Virus record (IMG/VR): IMGVR_UViG_3300011441_000224
Coordinates: 1-43,334 of that record
DNA length: 43,334 bases
DNA from: a virus
Lineage: Duplodnaviria; Caudoviricetes
Direction: 5' to 3' (one strand)
The translations under genes were made by a program, and so were the position numbers. Shown one piece after another: positions 1 to 7,688 of the stretch. Under the pieces are notes generated by a model. It was not told the DNA's origin, did no database searches, and was given only the letters and a program-made list of their open reading frames with translations. Numbering within the stretch: the first letter of the stretch is position 1; each line of letters starts with the position of its first letter.

Positions 1-54
1 CTCCTGCTCCTGCTCCTGCTCCAGCTCCCGCTCCTGCTCCAGCCATTTTCAAAG
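1..54. repeat. Terminal direct overlap with 43281-43334 (circular genome junction)
   Basis: 1-54 equals 43281-43334 except at two positions (11 T/A and 45 A/G). Confidence 0.85.
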
Positions 55-80
55 CCAACCTGTAGTTGAGTTGCGTTCAT
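1..80 (-). CDS. N-terminal part of a (W/R/G)-Ser dipeptide-repeat protein; continues across the junction to 43064
   Basis: ATG at 80, 2 nt after the upstream stop, reads MNATQLQVGFENGWSRSGSWSRSR. Joined through the 54-nt overlap it gives 297 nt in frame. Confidence 0.7.
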   Translation of the reverse strand, partial: MNATQLQVGFENGWSRSGSWSRSRSR

Positions 81-82
81 GG

Positions 83-469
83 CTACTTCAATTTGTCAGG
101 TAGCTTGTGGTCGAACGGGAATGCATCAATGATTGAGCCGAGGTTGATATAAGACGTACCGACCGGCTCAATCTCTGAGAACTCACCTGTTTTGAGAGCA
201 TTGGCAAACCTACCAGTGTCAGCAATCCATGAAGCATCCTCCAACTTCACGAACTGCCCCGATACAGCAACGACCCGTCCGACTTGGTAGAGGGTGACGG
301 TTCGGATGAAGTAGCATTTGCCGATCTCCAGGAAGTCAGTGACGGCTGATTGGGTAGGGATCATTTCGCCCTCGCCAATCAGGATCAGAGCTTTCTTCAG
401 AGCATCGAGGTCTTGTCCTTCTAAAAGCGCTACAGCCTTCTTTAGTTCGTCTAATTTAGTGTTGGTCAC
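83..469 (-). CDS. Conserved phage protein (DUF6948-like, Sm/SH3-like beta fold)
   Basis: Motif YFIRTVT...GRVV...LEDASWIADTGRF; AGGA RBS; adjacent to a low-complexity repeat gene. Confidence 0.6.
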   Translation of the reverse strand: MTNTKLDELKKAVALLEGQDLDALKKALILIGEGEMIPTQSAVTDFLEIGKCYFIRTVTLYQVGRVVAVSGQFVKLEDASWIADTGRFANALKTGEFSEIEPVGTSYINLGSIIDAFPFDHKLPDKLK

Positions 470-515
470 AATGTTGTCCTTTATTACTTATCAACAGCTT
501 AACACTGCAAAGCCA

Positions 516-544
516 TTGACACAAGTGGATTTATTTGCTATCTT
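516..544 (+). promoter_or_regulatory. Sigma70-type promoter
   Basis: TTGACA (516-521), 17 nt, TATCTT (539-544) with extended TGn. Confidence 0.75.
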
Positions 545-550
545 TGAATC

Positions 551-1056
551 GTACCTTGAAAACACAACGTTCCAGCTTCCACTCCAGGACAGAGTGAGTC
601 CAGCAGTTGTCTATTAGTACTAGCCGCAAGCTCGTATTAGTTGCACCTGCCCCGTACATGAGAAAGCCGCAAGCAATCTCTTGGCAACTCGGGTGCAAAG
701 GACTTCCATCCTGGCGCGGGAGCTGTAGCAACTCATCGGGCTACAGGGGAATAGTGAAAGCTAGTCATACCAGCGGCGACTTAACGAAGTCACCGTCCCC
801 TGCGGCCTGGTGAGAAGTCTGATGGTTGAACCGTGTGGGCGAGGAAGCGCCGATACTAGGGTTGAGCTTGCTCCCCTGGGGTGTGTAAAGCCTCCCGGCC
901 CAGCTATCAGACGAAAACCAACACATCAAAAGCTCTGGTGGCTGATGGGGGAGCGGAGCACGATGGACGCATCAGCAGGAAGCTACTATCCGTCCGGCGG
1001 CATGCTGACCCGTAGCTGAAATAAAGGCCGGGCCTCCCCACCAGCTCCCAGAGCAA
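551..1056 (+). ncRNA. Candidate large structured ncRNA or very long structured leader (~500 nt)
   Basis: Directly after the promoter, no credible ORF. Nested helices: 641-649/690-698, 723-729/740-746, 817-828/901-912, 932-938/1048-1054, plus a GAAA tetraloop and repeated GC-CGCAA-GC loops. Confidence 0.65.
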
Positions 1057-1078
1057 GCATTAAATAGGAGACACCGTA

Positions 1079-1291
1079 ATGGCGTCTGAAGTAGAGTCCG
1101 ACAAAAAGTCCACGTTCAACATTAAGGCCGTTCTTGGCTACATGGGATGGGCGATTATATACACCGCCATCATCGCCGGTGCCGGCTTCTATTACGGAGC
1201 CCAGAGCCAAGCCAAGGCTCAGGCCGACATTAAGGCAGCCGTCGAGCAAGCAACCGCTCCGGCTCCGCAGGCCCCTGTTTCTTTACAATAA
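1079..1291 (+). CDS. Small membrane-anchored protein (possible N-terminal half of a frameshift fusion to the transglycosylase)
   Basis: AGGAG RBS; one TM helix and an Ala/Gln/Pro linker. Confidence 0.75.
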   Translation: MASEVESDKKSTFNIKAVLGYMGWAIIYTAIIAGAGFYYGAQSQAKAQADIKAAVEQATAPAPQAPVSLQ

Positions 1292-1320
1292 AGCCTCTGC
1301 CCCCTACACCTAAGCCAGTA

Positions 1321-1622
1321 GTGGCCGGTGTAGAGCAGTGGAGGCCATTAGTCAGCAAGTACTTCCCCGCCAGTCAGGTGAACATAGCTCTGGCTGTGAT
1401 GCGAGGAGAGTCATCCGGGCGAGCTAACGCTACCAACTGGAATACAGATGGGTCTAGGGACTCAGGAATATTCCAAATCAACAGCATCCACCGTGCTCGG
1501 GTAAACGGCAACATAGACGCTCTGTACGCCCTGAGACCAACGTAAAAGTCGCCCACGCCATTTGGAGCGAACAAAGCTGGTGTCCTTGGGTAGCAGCCCG
1601 CAAGCTTGGATTTTGTAAGTAA
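1321..1622 (+). pseudogene. Lytic transglycosylase (SLT/lysozyme-like) split by a -1 frameshift near 1528-1530
   Basis: ALAVMRGESSG...DSGIFQINS motifs; the expected C-terminus (PETNVKVAHAIWSEQSWCPW) lies in the -1 frame and ends at TAA 1622. Confidence 0.75.
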
Positions 1623-1635
1623 GGAAGGAAAGTAC

Positions 1636-1794
1636 ATGCATATAAAAATCTACCGCAGGTTCCTAGTCTGGCGAATAGCCCTGATCGGGGGCAATGGTGA
1701 GATGATCATGCACAGTGAAGCCTACTACAGCGAGAGCAATGCCAGGCGGGAAGCGAACAAGCTTGCCCGCGAGCTCGACCTGGAGGTGCTGTGA
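1636..1794 (+). CDS. DUF1508/YegP-like small protein
   Basis: WRIALIGGNGEMIMHSEAYYSESNARR motif; AGGAAGG RBS. Confidence 0.7.
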   Translation: MHIKIYRRFLVWRIALIGGNGEMIMHSEAYYSESNARREANKLARELDLEVL

Positions 1795-2123
1795 CTACCC
1801 CACAGTCTGCAATAGACGCATTCACCGACGAGGTGAGAGCAGCACTTAACGACTTTGGAGCCGGTAGTTATTTGCTGGGCTGGAACCGAGGCAATCGCAA
1901 CAACGACCACTCAGCCGAAGCCATAGCCGCCCTCACCGCCGCCGCCAAGTCATACGCCCAGGCTATAGCTCTGGACGTAATCGGGGTAATGGACGTGGTT
2001 GATGACAGGCCGCAAATGGTCGGAGAGTCATTGGTGCAAGGGTACAGCTTCGCCCACATCCGCAACAGTCTACGAGCCAAACAGCTAGCCAAGCTGGAGC
2101 AACTAACCGAAGAAGGGGAGTGA
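1791..2123 (+). CDS. Hypothetical protein
   Basis: GGAGG RBS, GTGA overlap. Confidence 0.6.
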   Translation: MTTPQSAIDAFTDEVRAALNDFGAGSYLLGWNRGNRNNDHSAEAIAALTAAAKSYAQAIALDVIGVMDVVDDRPQMVGESLVQGYSFAHIRNSLRAKQLAKLEQLTEEGE

Positions 2124-2248
2124 AATGAGGCTATTCTGGGGCGATCACATCAACGACTGGCGGGTCTGGGGTTTGTGGATTAAGAAGACCTGGTTCATAG
2201 GATTTAGCGTGGTAGATGCCAACCACACTGACCTGGAGGCAAAGAGCG

Positions 2249-2635
2249 ATGAGTAGAGAGATTAAGTTTCGGGCATGGGACAAAAAAGAGAAGCGAATGC
2301 TCGCTCCCGATGCTCTGTCAGCAATGGACGTGTGGCTTGATCCACTCGGCGGCCATTTTGGCGACACCAGTCACTCTTATCCTGACGGCAGTGTTGATGT
2401 TTGGGACTACAACCGCTATACCCCCATGCAATACACCGGCCTCAAGGATAAGAACGGTGATAAAGAAGTATATGAATGTGATATAATGGATACTGATGGC
2501 AACGTAATAGGAAATCAGTATGAAACACCAACCCTACTCCAAGAAAAAACTAATCTCCTTATACAAGGCTTTGGCACAAGAGCTTGGCTCACAACCTACA
2601 AGGAAGCAGTGGAACGAGGATGCAAAGATGCCTAG
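2249..2635 (+). CDS. YopX family protein
   Basis: REIKFRAWDK...MQYTGLKDKNG.KEVYE.DI...VIGNQYE. Confidence 0.8.
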   Translation: MSREIKFRAWDKKEKRMLAPDALSAMDVWLDPLGGHFGDTSHSYPDGSVDVWDYNRYTPMQYTGLKDKNGDKEVYECDIMDTDGNVIGNQYETPTLLQEKTNLLIQGFGTRAWLTTYKEAVERGCKDA

Positions 2636-3062
2636 CGATATGCCTATAAGAATGCACTTTGGCACCTGGAACGCTTTTGTTATTGCCTGTGGCTTCAAGC
2701 CATACAAGCCATATCTATCTCAATTAGCCGAGAAGAACAAGGTGTTGGCTCACAAGGGCAAAAGGAGTATGGCGTGGAAAGGTGGCAAGCACACTGACCG
2801 ATTAGGCTATGTGCAGGTATGGAAACCAGAACATCCTAATGCTCGTATGGCTGGCTATATCCACGAACATCGTCTAGTTATGTCAGAACATTTAGGCAGA
2901 CCCCTAAAGAAGTTTGAGAACGTACACCACATAAACGGCAAGCGTGACGACAATAGGCTAGATAACCTTGAACTTTGGGTAACGATGCAACCGTCAGGCC
3001 AACGACCTCAAGATTTAGTTAAATTCGCAAAGGAGATACTAAATGCGTACCCTGAAGTTTAG
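2520..3062 (+). CDS. HNH homing endonuclease with an N-terminal homing-endonuclease-associated repeat
   Basis: EHRLVMSEHLGRPL...VHHINGKRDDNRLDNLELW; N-terminal LG..PT...FGTWNAF motif. Confidence 0.85.
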   Translation: MKHQPYSKKKLISLYKALAQELGSQPTRKQWNEDAKMPSDMPIRMHFGTWNAFVIACGFKPYKPYLSQLAEKNKVLAHKGKRSMAWKGGKHTDRLGYVQVWKPEHPNARMAGYIHEHRLVMSEHLGRPLKKFENVHHINGKRDDNRLDNLELWVTMQPSGQRPQDLVKFAKEILNAYPEV

Positions 3063-3477
3063 ATATTGGGACACTAAAAACAAGAAGTTTGACACTGATA
3101 TTGGTTTATATCTCATAGGGGGTGTTGACTTGGCTAACACACTACCAGAAGGTTACGAGATTACCCAGTTCACGGGGCTTACTGACCGCCAAGGCAAAGA
3201 GATTTATGAGGGGGATATTGTTCAGTTGCCCTACATCACTCCGTTTGGTGATCTCGGGGGCGACGGTGGCGTAGACGAGCTCGGGGAAGTCGTATTTGCT
3301 CAGGGCGCATTTATGCTCCACATGAACTTTGAACCTGAACCCCGTTCAATGCTAAGAATGATTGAACGCAACAAGGGCGAGTATGTTTCAAACTATGGCA
3401 ACACGACCATCTACAGCGACAAGACGCTATTTGAGGTCATCGGCAACATATGGGAAAACCCGGAGCTACTCAAGTGA
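3043..3477 (+). CDS. YopX family protein
   Basis: LKFRYWD...QFTGLTDRQGKEIYEGDIV...EVIGNIWENPELL. Confidence 0.9.
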   Translation: MRTLKFRYWDTKNKKFDTDIGLYLIGGVDLANTLPEGYEITQFTGLTDRQGKEIYEGDIVQLPYITPFGDLGGDGGVDELGEVVFAQGAFMLHMNFEPEPRSMLRMIERNKGEYVSNYGNTTIYSDKTLFEVIGNIWENPELLK

Positions 3478-3512
3478 CTCAATCACCCGACTATAACAAG
3501 GAGAACAAATGA

Positions 3513-3773
3513 ATGAGAACGTGCATTGTCTACCGTACCGCAGCTAAGGAGTTGAAGTCTGAGTTTGAAAAGGACAACTATAACGCCGCCAACCAACCCC
3601 AGTTTGAAGCCGCAGAGTTCTCTGATGGTCGAGTAGCCCAGCGTTGGTTAACACCGACAGGCTCATGCGTCTGGTGGGATAGCTGGCAAAACCTTTGTGC
3701 GGTTCACATCTACGCTCACCCCGATTATGGGACGAGAGTTGAGTGGTCGGATGGCACCGTGGAGGAGCTATGA
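3513..3773 (+). CDS. Hypothetical phage protein
   Basis: AGGAG RBS; EFSDGRVAQRWLT motif recalled from phage proteins. Confidence 0.65.
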   Translation: MRTCIVYRTAAKELKSEFEKDNYNAANQPQFEAAEFSDGRVAQRWLTPTGSCVWWDSWQNLCAVHIYAHPDYGTRVEWSDGTVEEL

Positions 3774-4102
3774 CATCACCCGACTTAAGCCCCAAAGAGG
3801 CTTTAGAAGAACGCGTGACCGAGATGGTAGCTATATATCTTAAAGGCATACACCACCCTGACGAAGACCCGCTGGAAAACGACCTTCGAGCAATGAAAAA
3901 TACCCAAGACCTAAAAGCCGCAATTGCCGATCTAGTGCTTGAGGAACGCCAATCCACCCGGAGCAGGGAGATTGACTGGTTAGACCGCGTCCTGTCAAAC
4001 CCAGATGAGGTTTTGAGGTCACTTATCAAGCAACAGCGTGCTTGGTTGGCCGAACTTGAGCAACTAACCCCACCCAGTGACCCTAAAGAGGAGCAACCAT
4101 GA
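3770..4102 (+). CDS. Hypothetical protein
   Basis: GGAGG RBS, ATGA overlap. Confidence 0.6.
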   Translation: MTSPDLSPKEALEERVTEMVAIYLKGIHHPDEDPLENDLRAMKNTQDLKAAIADLVLEERQSTRSREIDWLDRVLSNPDEVLRSLIKQQRAWLAELEQLTPPSDPKEEQP

Positions 4103-4563
4103 AGACACCAACCCAACCCACAAAAGGAATCGGACCCGATGATGGGCAAGGCAACCATACCCCCGAGAGGTGGTGTCCAGATTGCACAGGGGTTCTAGAG
4201 GAATGTTCCAAGTGTGGTTTTTGCCACCATGGCTCACCCGGTAATCAATTCTGTGGCACAGGCACACTACAGCCCTCAGAGCCACCACTAAAGATGTGGT
4301 GTGAGCAATGCGGTTACGACCACGTTGCTGTGAGCAGACTAGACCTAGACAAGCAGATAGACGGGCTACTGTACGGCTATTACCAGGCTCAGCTTTCAGC
4401 CGGTGGCAAAACTAGGTATTACCGAGAGCTCATCAAACAGCGCATCATCCAAGCCCGTGACACCTCCCGCAAGCAAGCGCTGTTAGCACGACTAAACCAA
4501 ATTGATTGGCCAGGTGGCGAAATGCCTTATGAGGTGGAGAAAGTAATTGAGGAAACATTATAA
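4099..4563 (+). CDS. Hypothetical Cys-rich (Zn-binding) protein
   Basis: Three CxxC pairs; GAGG RBS. Confidence 0.6.
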   Translation: MKTPTQPTKGIGPDDGQGNHTPERWCPDCTGVLEECSKCGFCHHGSPGNQFCGTGTLQPSEPPLKMWCEQCGYDHVAVSRLDLDKQIDGLLYGYYQAQLSAGGKTRYYRELIKQRIIQARDTSRKQALLARLNQIDWPGGEMPYEVEKVIEETL

Positions 4564-4664
4564 TGGACACAGCTATTGGCAAGTTAAATTTGATCGTCCA
4601 TGAGAAAGGCGAATGGCACAATAAAGCCTCTACCAAACCAATTAATGAAACGATAGGAGGATAG

Positions 4665-4901
4665 ATGGAAGACAAGCTGCCACCAGAGACAATACAGATC
4701 GACTTCCAGAACAGGTACATACAAAATGAGGCTTGGTTTGAAGTCAGCCGTTATTATCCCGATCTAGTAGCCCCCGGTGAAGTTAAAGATCCAGACCCAA
4801 GATCCCACATTTTGATCATCAACAGCTATGGGCGGTTGCGAAAGCTATACACTGAAGCCGGTAGGTACGAGGATGTTTCAGATGGAGGTCCTGTCAAATG
4901 A
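4665..4901 (+). CDS. Hypothetical protein
   Basis: AGGAGG RBS. Confidence 0.6.
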   Translation: MEDKLPPETIQIDFQNRYIQNEAWFEVSRYYPDLVAPGEVKDPDPRSHILIINSYGRLRKLYTEAGRYEDVSDGGPVK

Positions 4902-4945
4902 ACTGGAACGCCGCAAGAGGCAATGAGATACTACGGAGACGTTGA

Positions 4946-5083
4946 ATGAACTGGGGAATATTCTTAATCAGCTTTGGTGTCCTATCCTTGCTTCTCATGA
5001 GACTCGCGGAAGAGGATAGAGTTTTTGCTGCAATGTTTTGGGCGGCCATAATCGCCGCTGGGACAGGCATGGTATTTAGATGA
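4946..5083 (+). CDS. Small two-TM membrane protein (45 aa)
   Basis: Read by hand: MNWGIFLISFGVLSLLLMRLAEEDRVFAAMFWAAIIAAGTGMVFR; translationally coupled. Confidence 0.5.
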   Translation: MNWGIFLISFGVLSLLLMRLAEEDRVFAAMFWAAIIAAGTGMVFR

Positions 5084-5199
5084 ACTGGACTAGCTTCTTT
5101 ATAGGCTTCATCACGGGTTACCTGGGATTATTAATAGTTTGGGCTATTTTCGTAGCTGACCTACCAAGTCAGCTGAAGTGGCCGGGAGATAAAAAATGA
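5080..5199 (+). CDS. Small membrane protein (39 aa)
   Basis: Read by hand: MNWTSFFIGFITGYLGLLIVWAIFVADLPSQLKWPGDKK; ATGA overlaps at both ends. Confidence 0.5.
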   Translation: MNWTSFFIGFITGYLGLLIVWAIFVADLPSQLKWPGDKK

Positions 5200-5522
5200 G
5201 TAAAGAAGAGATTTTGACCAAGGCGATAGAGAAAGCGATTGCGAACGGCTTAGATTGGAATAAGCTTCTGGGCGGCACCAAAGGTTACACAGAGCATATT
5301 GATCCTCGCTTCTACCTCGACGGTTGGTCAGTGGGCGCAGTGTATTGGTTAATCTTCAACCACGACTTCGCTAAGGCGCTGTGGGGTGATGGCTGGATGC
5401 CAGCGCTTGAAGACATCGCGAACGGCTACCCCGAAAGCGAGGCGCAACCAGATTGGCAATACCATCTCCAGCAGATGGTTATAGCTGACGATCCGATTAA
5501 GTACCTGGGTGAACACATATGA
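5196..5522 (+). CDS. Conserved hypothetical phage protein
   Basis: EILTKAIEKAIANG...IFNHDFAKALWG...WQYHLQQMV..DDPIKYL. Confidence 0.75.
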   Translation: MSKEEILTKAIEKAIANGLDWNKLLGGTKGYTEHIDPRFYLDGWSVGAVYWLIFNHDFAKALWGDGWMPALEDIANGYPESEAQPDWQYHLQQMVIADDPIKYLGEHI

Positions 5523-5788
5523 GCAAGCCCAGCCGGCGCAAGTGGCAAGATATCTCTGATATCTTGACCGATAAGGGCATGGAAGCCTTGAAGGCCGGCC
5601 AGTGGGAGCTATTGCCGTTCAAAGTAGGCGACGTGATGAAGTTCGACTTCGAAGGCAGTCCCAACCACTTGAGGATTATGCGTTTTGATAAGCGGGGCAA
5701 GATATGGGCCAAGGAAACGAGACTTTACCACCGTGACGAAATCAAGGTTGTTGACAGGACCGGCGAAGCAGCTCAGGATGAGAAGTAA
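5519..5788 (+). CDS. Hypothetical protein
   Basis: ATGA overlap, in the operon. Confidence 0.6.
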   Translation: MSKPSRRKWQDISDILTDKGMEALKAGQWELLPFKVGDVMKFDFEGSPNHLRIMRFDKRGKIWAKETRLYHRDEIKVVDRTGEAAQDEK

Positions 5789-5821
5789 TATCAGCTAACG
5801 GGCAGCGATGCTACAACCCTA

Positions 5822-6259
5822 ATGGCTAAGACTGGTCTGAATCCGCAGCAGGTTGATTTTCTATCCCGGTACATGAATCCGGAGTCTCCTTCGTATGGCA
5901 ATGCCTACGATTCTGCCGTTGGCGCCGGCTACTCAAAAGAGTATGCCAAAAACATTACCAAGCAGGCTCCTTGGCTATCGGAAATTCGTGGAAAAGGCTT
6001 GTGGACGGCTCAGGAGATCCTTGAGCGTCTCCAAATAGAAGCCGCCGGCCAGCACGCTAAGGACCGTATCAGGTCACTTGAGCTACTTGGTAAGGCGATG
6101 AAGCTTTTTGTGGAGCAGCATGGTGGCAAGGTCGAGCACGAGCATGTATTTAAGGATGTATCGGACCAAGAACTAGATGGAATCATTGAAAACCTTGTCT
6201 CAAGGCGACAAAAAGCAGCTGTTGCTAGCGTTGCAGGAAAAGAACAGACGCAGAGCTAG
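5822..6259 (+). CDS. terS: Terminase small subunit
   Basis: GLNPQQVDF...GNAYDSAVGAGYSKEYA...LELLGK; precedes TerL. Confidence 0.8.
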   Translation: MAKTGLNPQQVDFLSRYMNPESPSYGNAYDSAVGAGYSKEYAKNITKQAPWLSEIRGKGLWTAQEILERLQIEAAGQHAKDRIRSLELLGKAMKLFVEQHGGKVEHEHVFKDVSDQELDGIIENLVSRRQKAAVASVAGKEQTQS

Positions 6260-7658
6260 GACCGACTGCGTCTTCTTCATTAGGGAGTATCTGCATACTT
6301 TCGATCCGCGGCCGGATGTGTTTCCACATGACTTGCCATTTGACCTGTACGATTTCCAAGAGGAGACGGCCCTGGAACTGATCCAGGCGATTCGTGAGGG
6401 CTATGACGAGTTCATCGAGAAGTCCCGTGATATGGGGGTATCCTGGCTGACGTTAGCTGTGCTGTTTTGGATGTGGCTTTATGAGCCGGGCTTCCAGGCC
6501 TTGGTGGGCTCGCGCAAAGAGGACTACGTGGATAACGGCCAGCTGGACTCGCTGTTTGGCAAGTTTGACTACTTGATCAACCACATAAAAGATCTCCTGG
6601 TTTTACCCGAAGGGTTTGCCCTGGCGCGTCACCGGACTTACATGAAGCTGGTCAATCCCGAGAACGGCAACACGATCCAGGGTGAGAGTGCCAACAAGAA
6701 CTTCTCCCGCTCGGGTCGGTACACCGTGGTGGTCTTTGATGAGGTGGGCTTCTGGCCTGATGCTAGGCGCTCGTGGACAGCCGCCGGCGACGCTGCTAAG
6801 TGTCGTATCGCTATCACAACACCGCCGGACGAGCCAAGCTTTGCCAAGGCGATCCGATTCTCTGGCAAGGTTAAGGTGCTCACGCTGCACTGGCGCCGGC
6901 ACCCCAAGAAAGACCGGGCGTGGTACGACCGGGAGAAGTCCAGGCGTACCGAAGACGAAGTGCTGCACGAGTTGGACATTTCGTGGGAGTACTCATCGAC
7001 CGGTCGGCCGTACCCGGAGACTGACAAGCTCACATTCGGCAATTATCCCTATAACCCGACTCTACCACTTTACGTGGTGCTCGACGTCGGCTTGGACGGT
7101 ATCGCCATCGGGTGGTATCAGCCGGTCCAGAACAGTGACTGGATCACCTTGGTTGAGGCTTACGAGGTCACTGACTATGTGATCGAGCGCTGCTTGCCGT
7201 TCTTTGGTAAGGAGGTAGGGTCGCGCTTCACCTACACCGACAAGGACCTGGCGATTATCGAGCAGGTGAAGTACTGGAAGCCGGGGGTCTTCTTTGGTGA
7301 CCCATCGGGTAAGAGCCGCCACGTAGAGAGCGGTGTGAGCCCGTATGCGATCCTCCAGCAGCACGGAATCTATGTGCAGGTCAATGACGCCGAAAATGAA
7401 TGGGTGCCCCGTAGAGACGCTGCAAAGCGGTTGTACACGCATCTGAGAGTTAACGACACCGAAGGCACGCGCTGGTGGCATCAGTGTGTTAGAAGCGCCC
7501 GGTATCCAAAGCGGGACGAGAATTCACAGGCTACCACACCGATTAACAAGCCGGTGCATGACTGGACCAGTCACCACCGGACCCAGACGGAATTCTTCGC
7601 CGTTAACTACCAGCCAAAGGTGGAAGCCGAGGTATACAGCGACCCATTCTATGGCTAG
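6177..7658 (+). CDS. terL: Terminase large subunit
   Basis: IEKSRDMGVSW (Walker A-like), VVVFDE (Walker B), nuclease motifs LDVG, GDPSG and PVHDWTSH. Confidence 0.92.
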   Translation: MESLKTLSQGDKKQLLLALQEKNRRRARTDCVFFIREYLHTFDPRPDVFPHDLPFDLYDFQEETALELIQAIREGYDEFIEKSRDMGVSWLTLAVLFWMWLYEPGFQALVGSRKEDYVDNGQLDSLFGKFDYLINHIKDLLVLPEGFALARHRTYMKLVNPENGNTIQGESANKNFSRSGRYTVVVFDEVGFWPDARRSWTAAGDAAKCRIAITTPPDEPSFAKAIRFSGKVKVLTLHWRRHPKKDRAWYDREKSRRTEDEVLHELDISWEYSSTGRPYPETDKLTFGNYPYNPTLPLYVVLDVGLDGIAIGWYQPVQNSDWITLVEAYEVTDYVIERCLPFFGKEVGSRFTYTDKDLAIIEQVKYWKPGVFFGDPSGKSRHVESGVSPYAILQQHGIYVQVNDAENEWVPRRDAAKRLYTHLRVNDTEGTRWWHQCVRSARYPKRDENSQATTPINKPVHDWTSHHRTQTEFFAVNYQPKVEAEVYSDPFYG

Positions 7659-7688
7659 TTGCGTATAATGTGCATATAATCAAGCCAA

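Noticed and set aside
551-1056. RNase P RNA, tmRNA or group I intron; short ORFs 607-813 and 810-1019
   Set aside because: The RNase P GAGGAAAGUCC signature, tRNA-like ends and interrupted exons were not found. The ORFs lack RBS and recognisable motifs.
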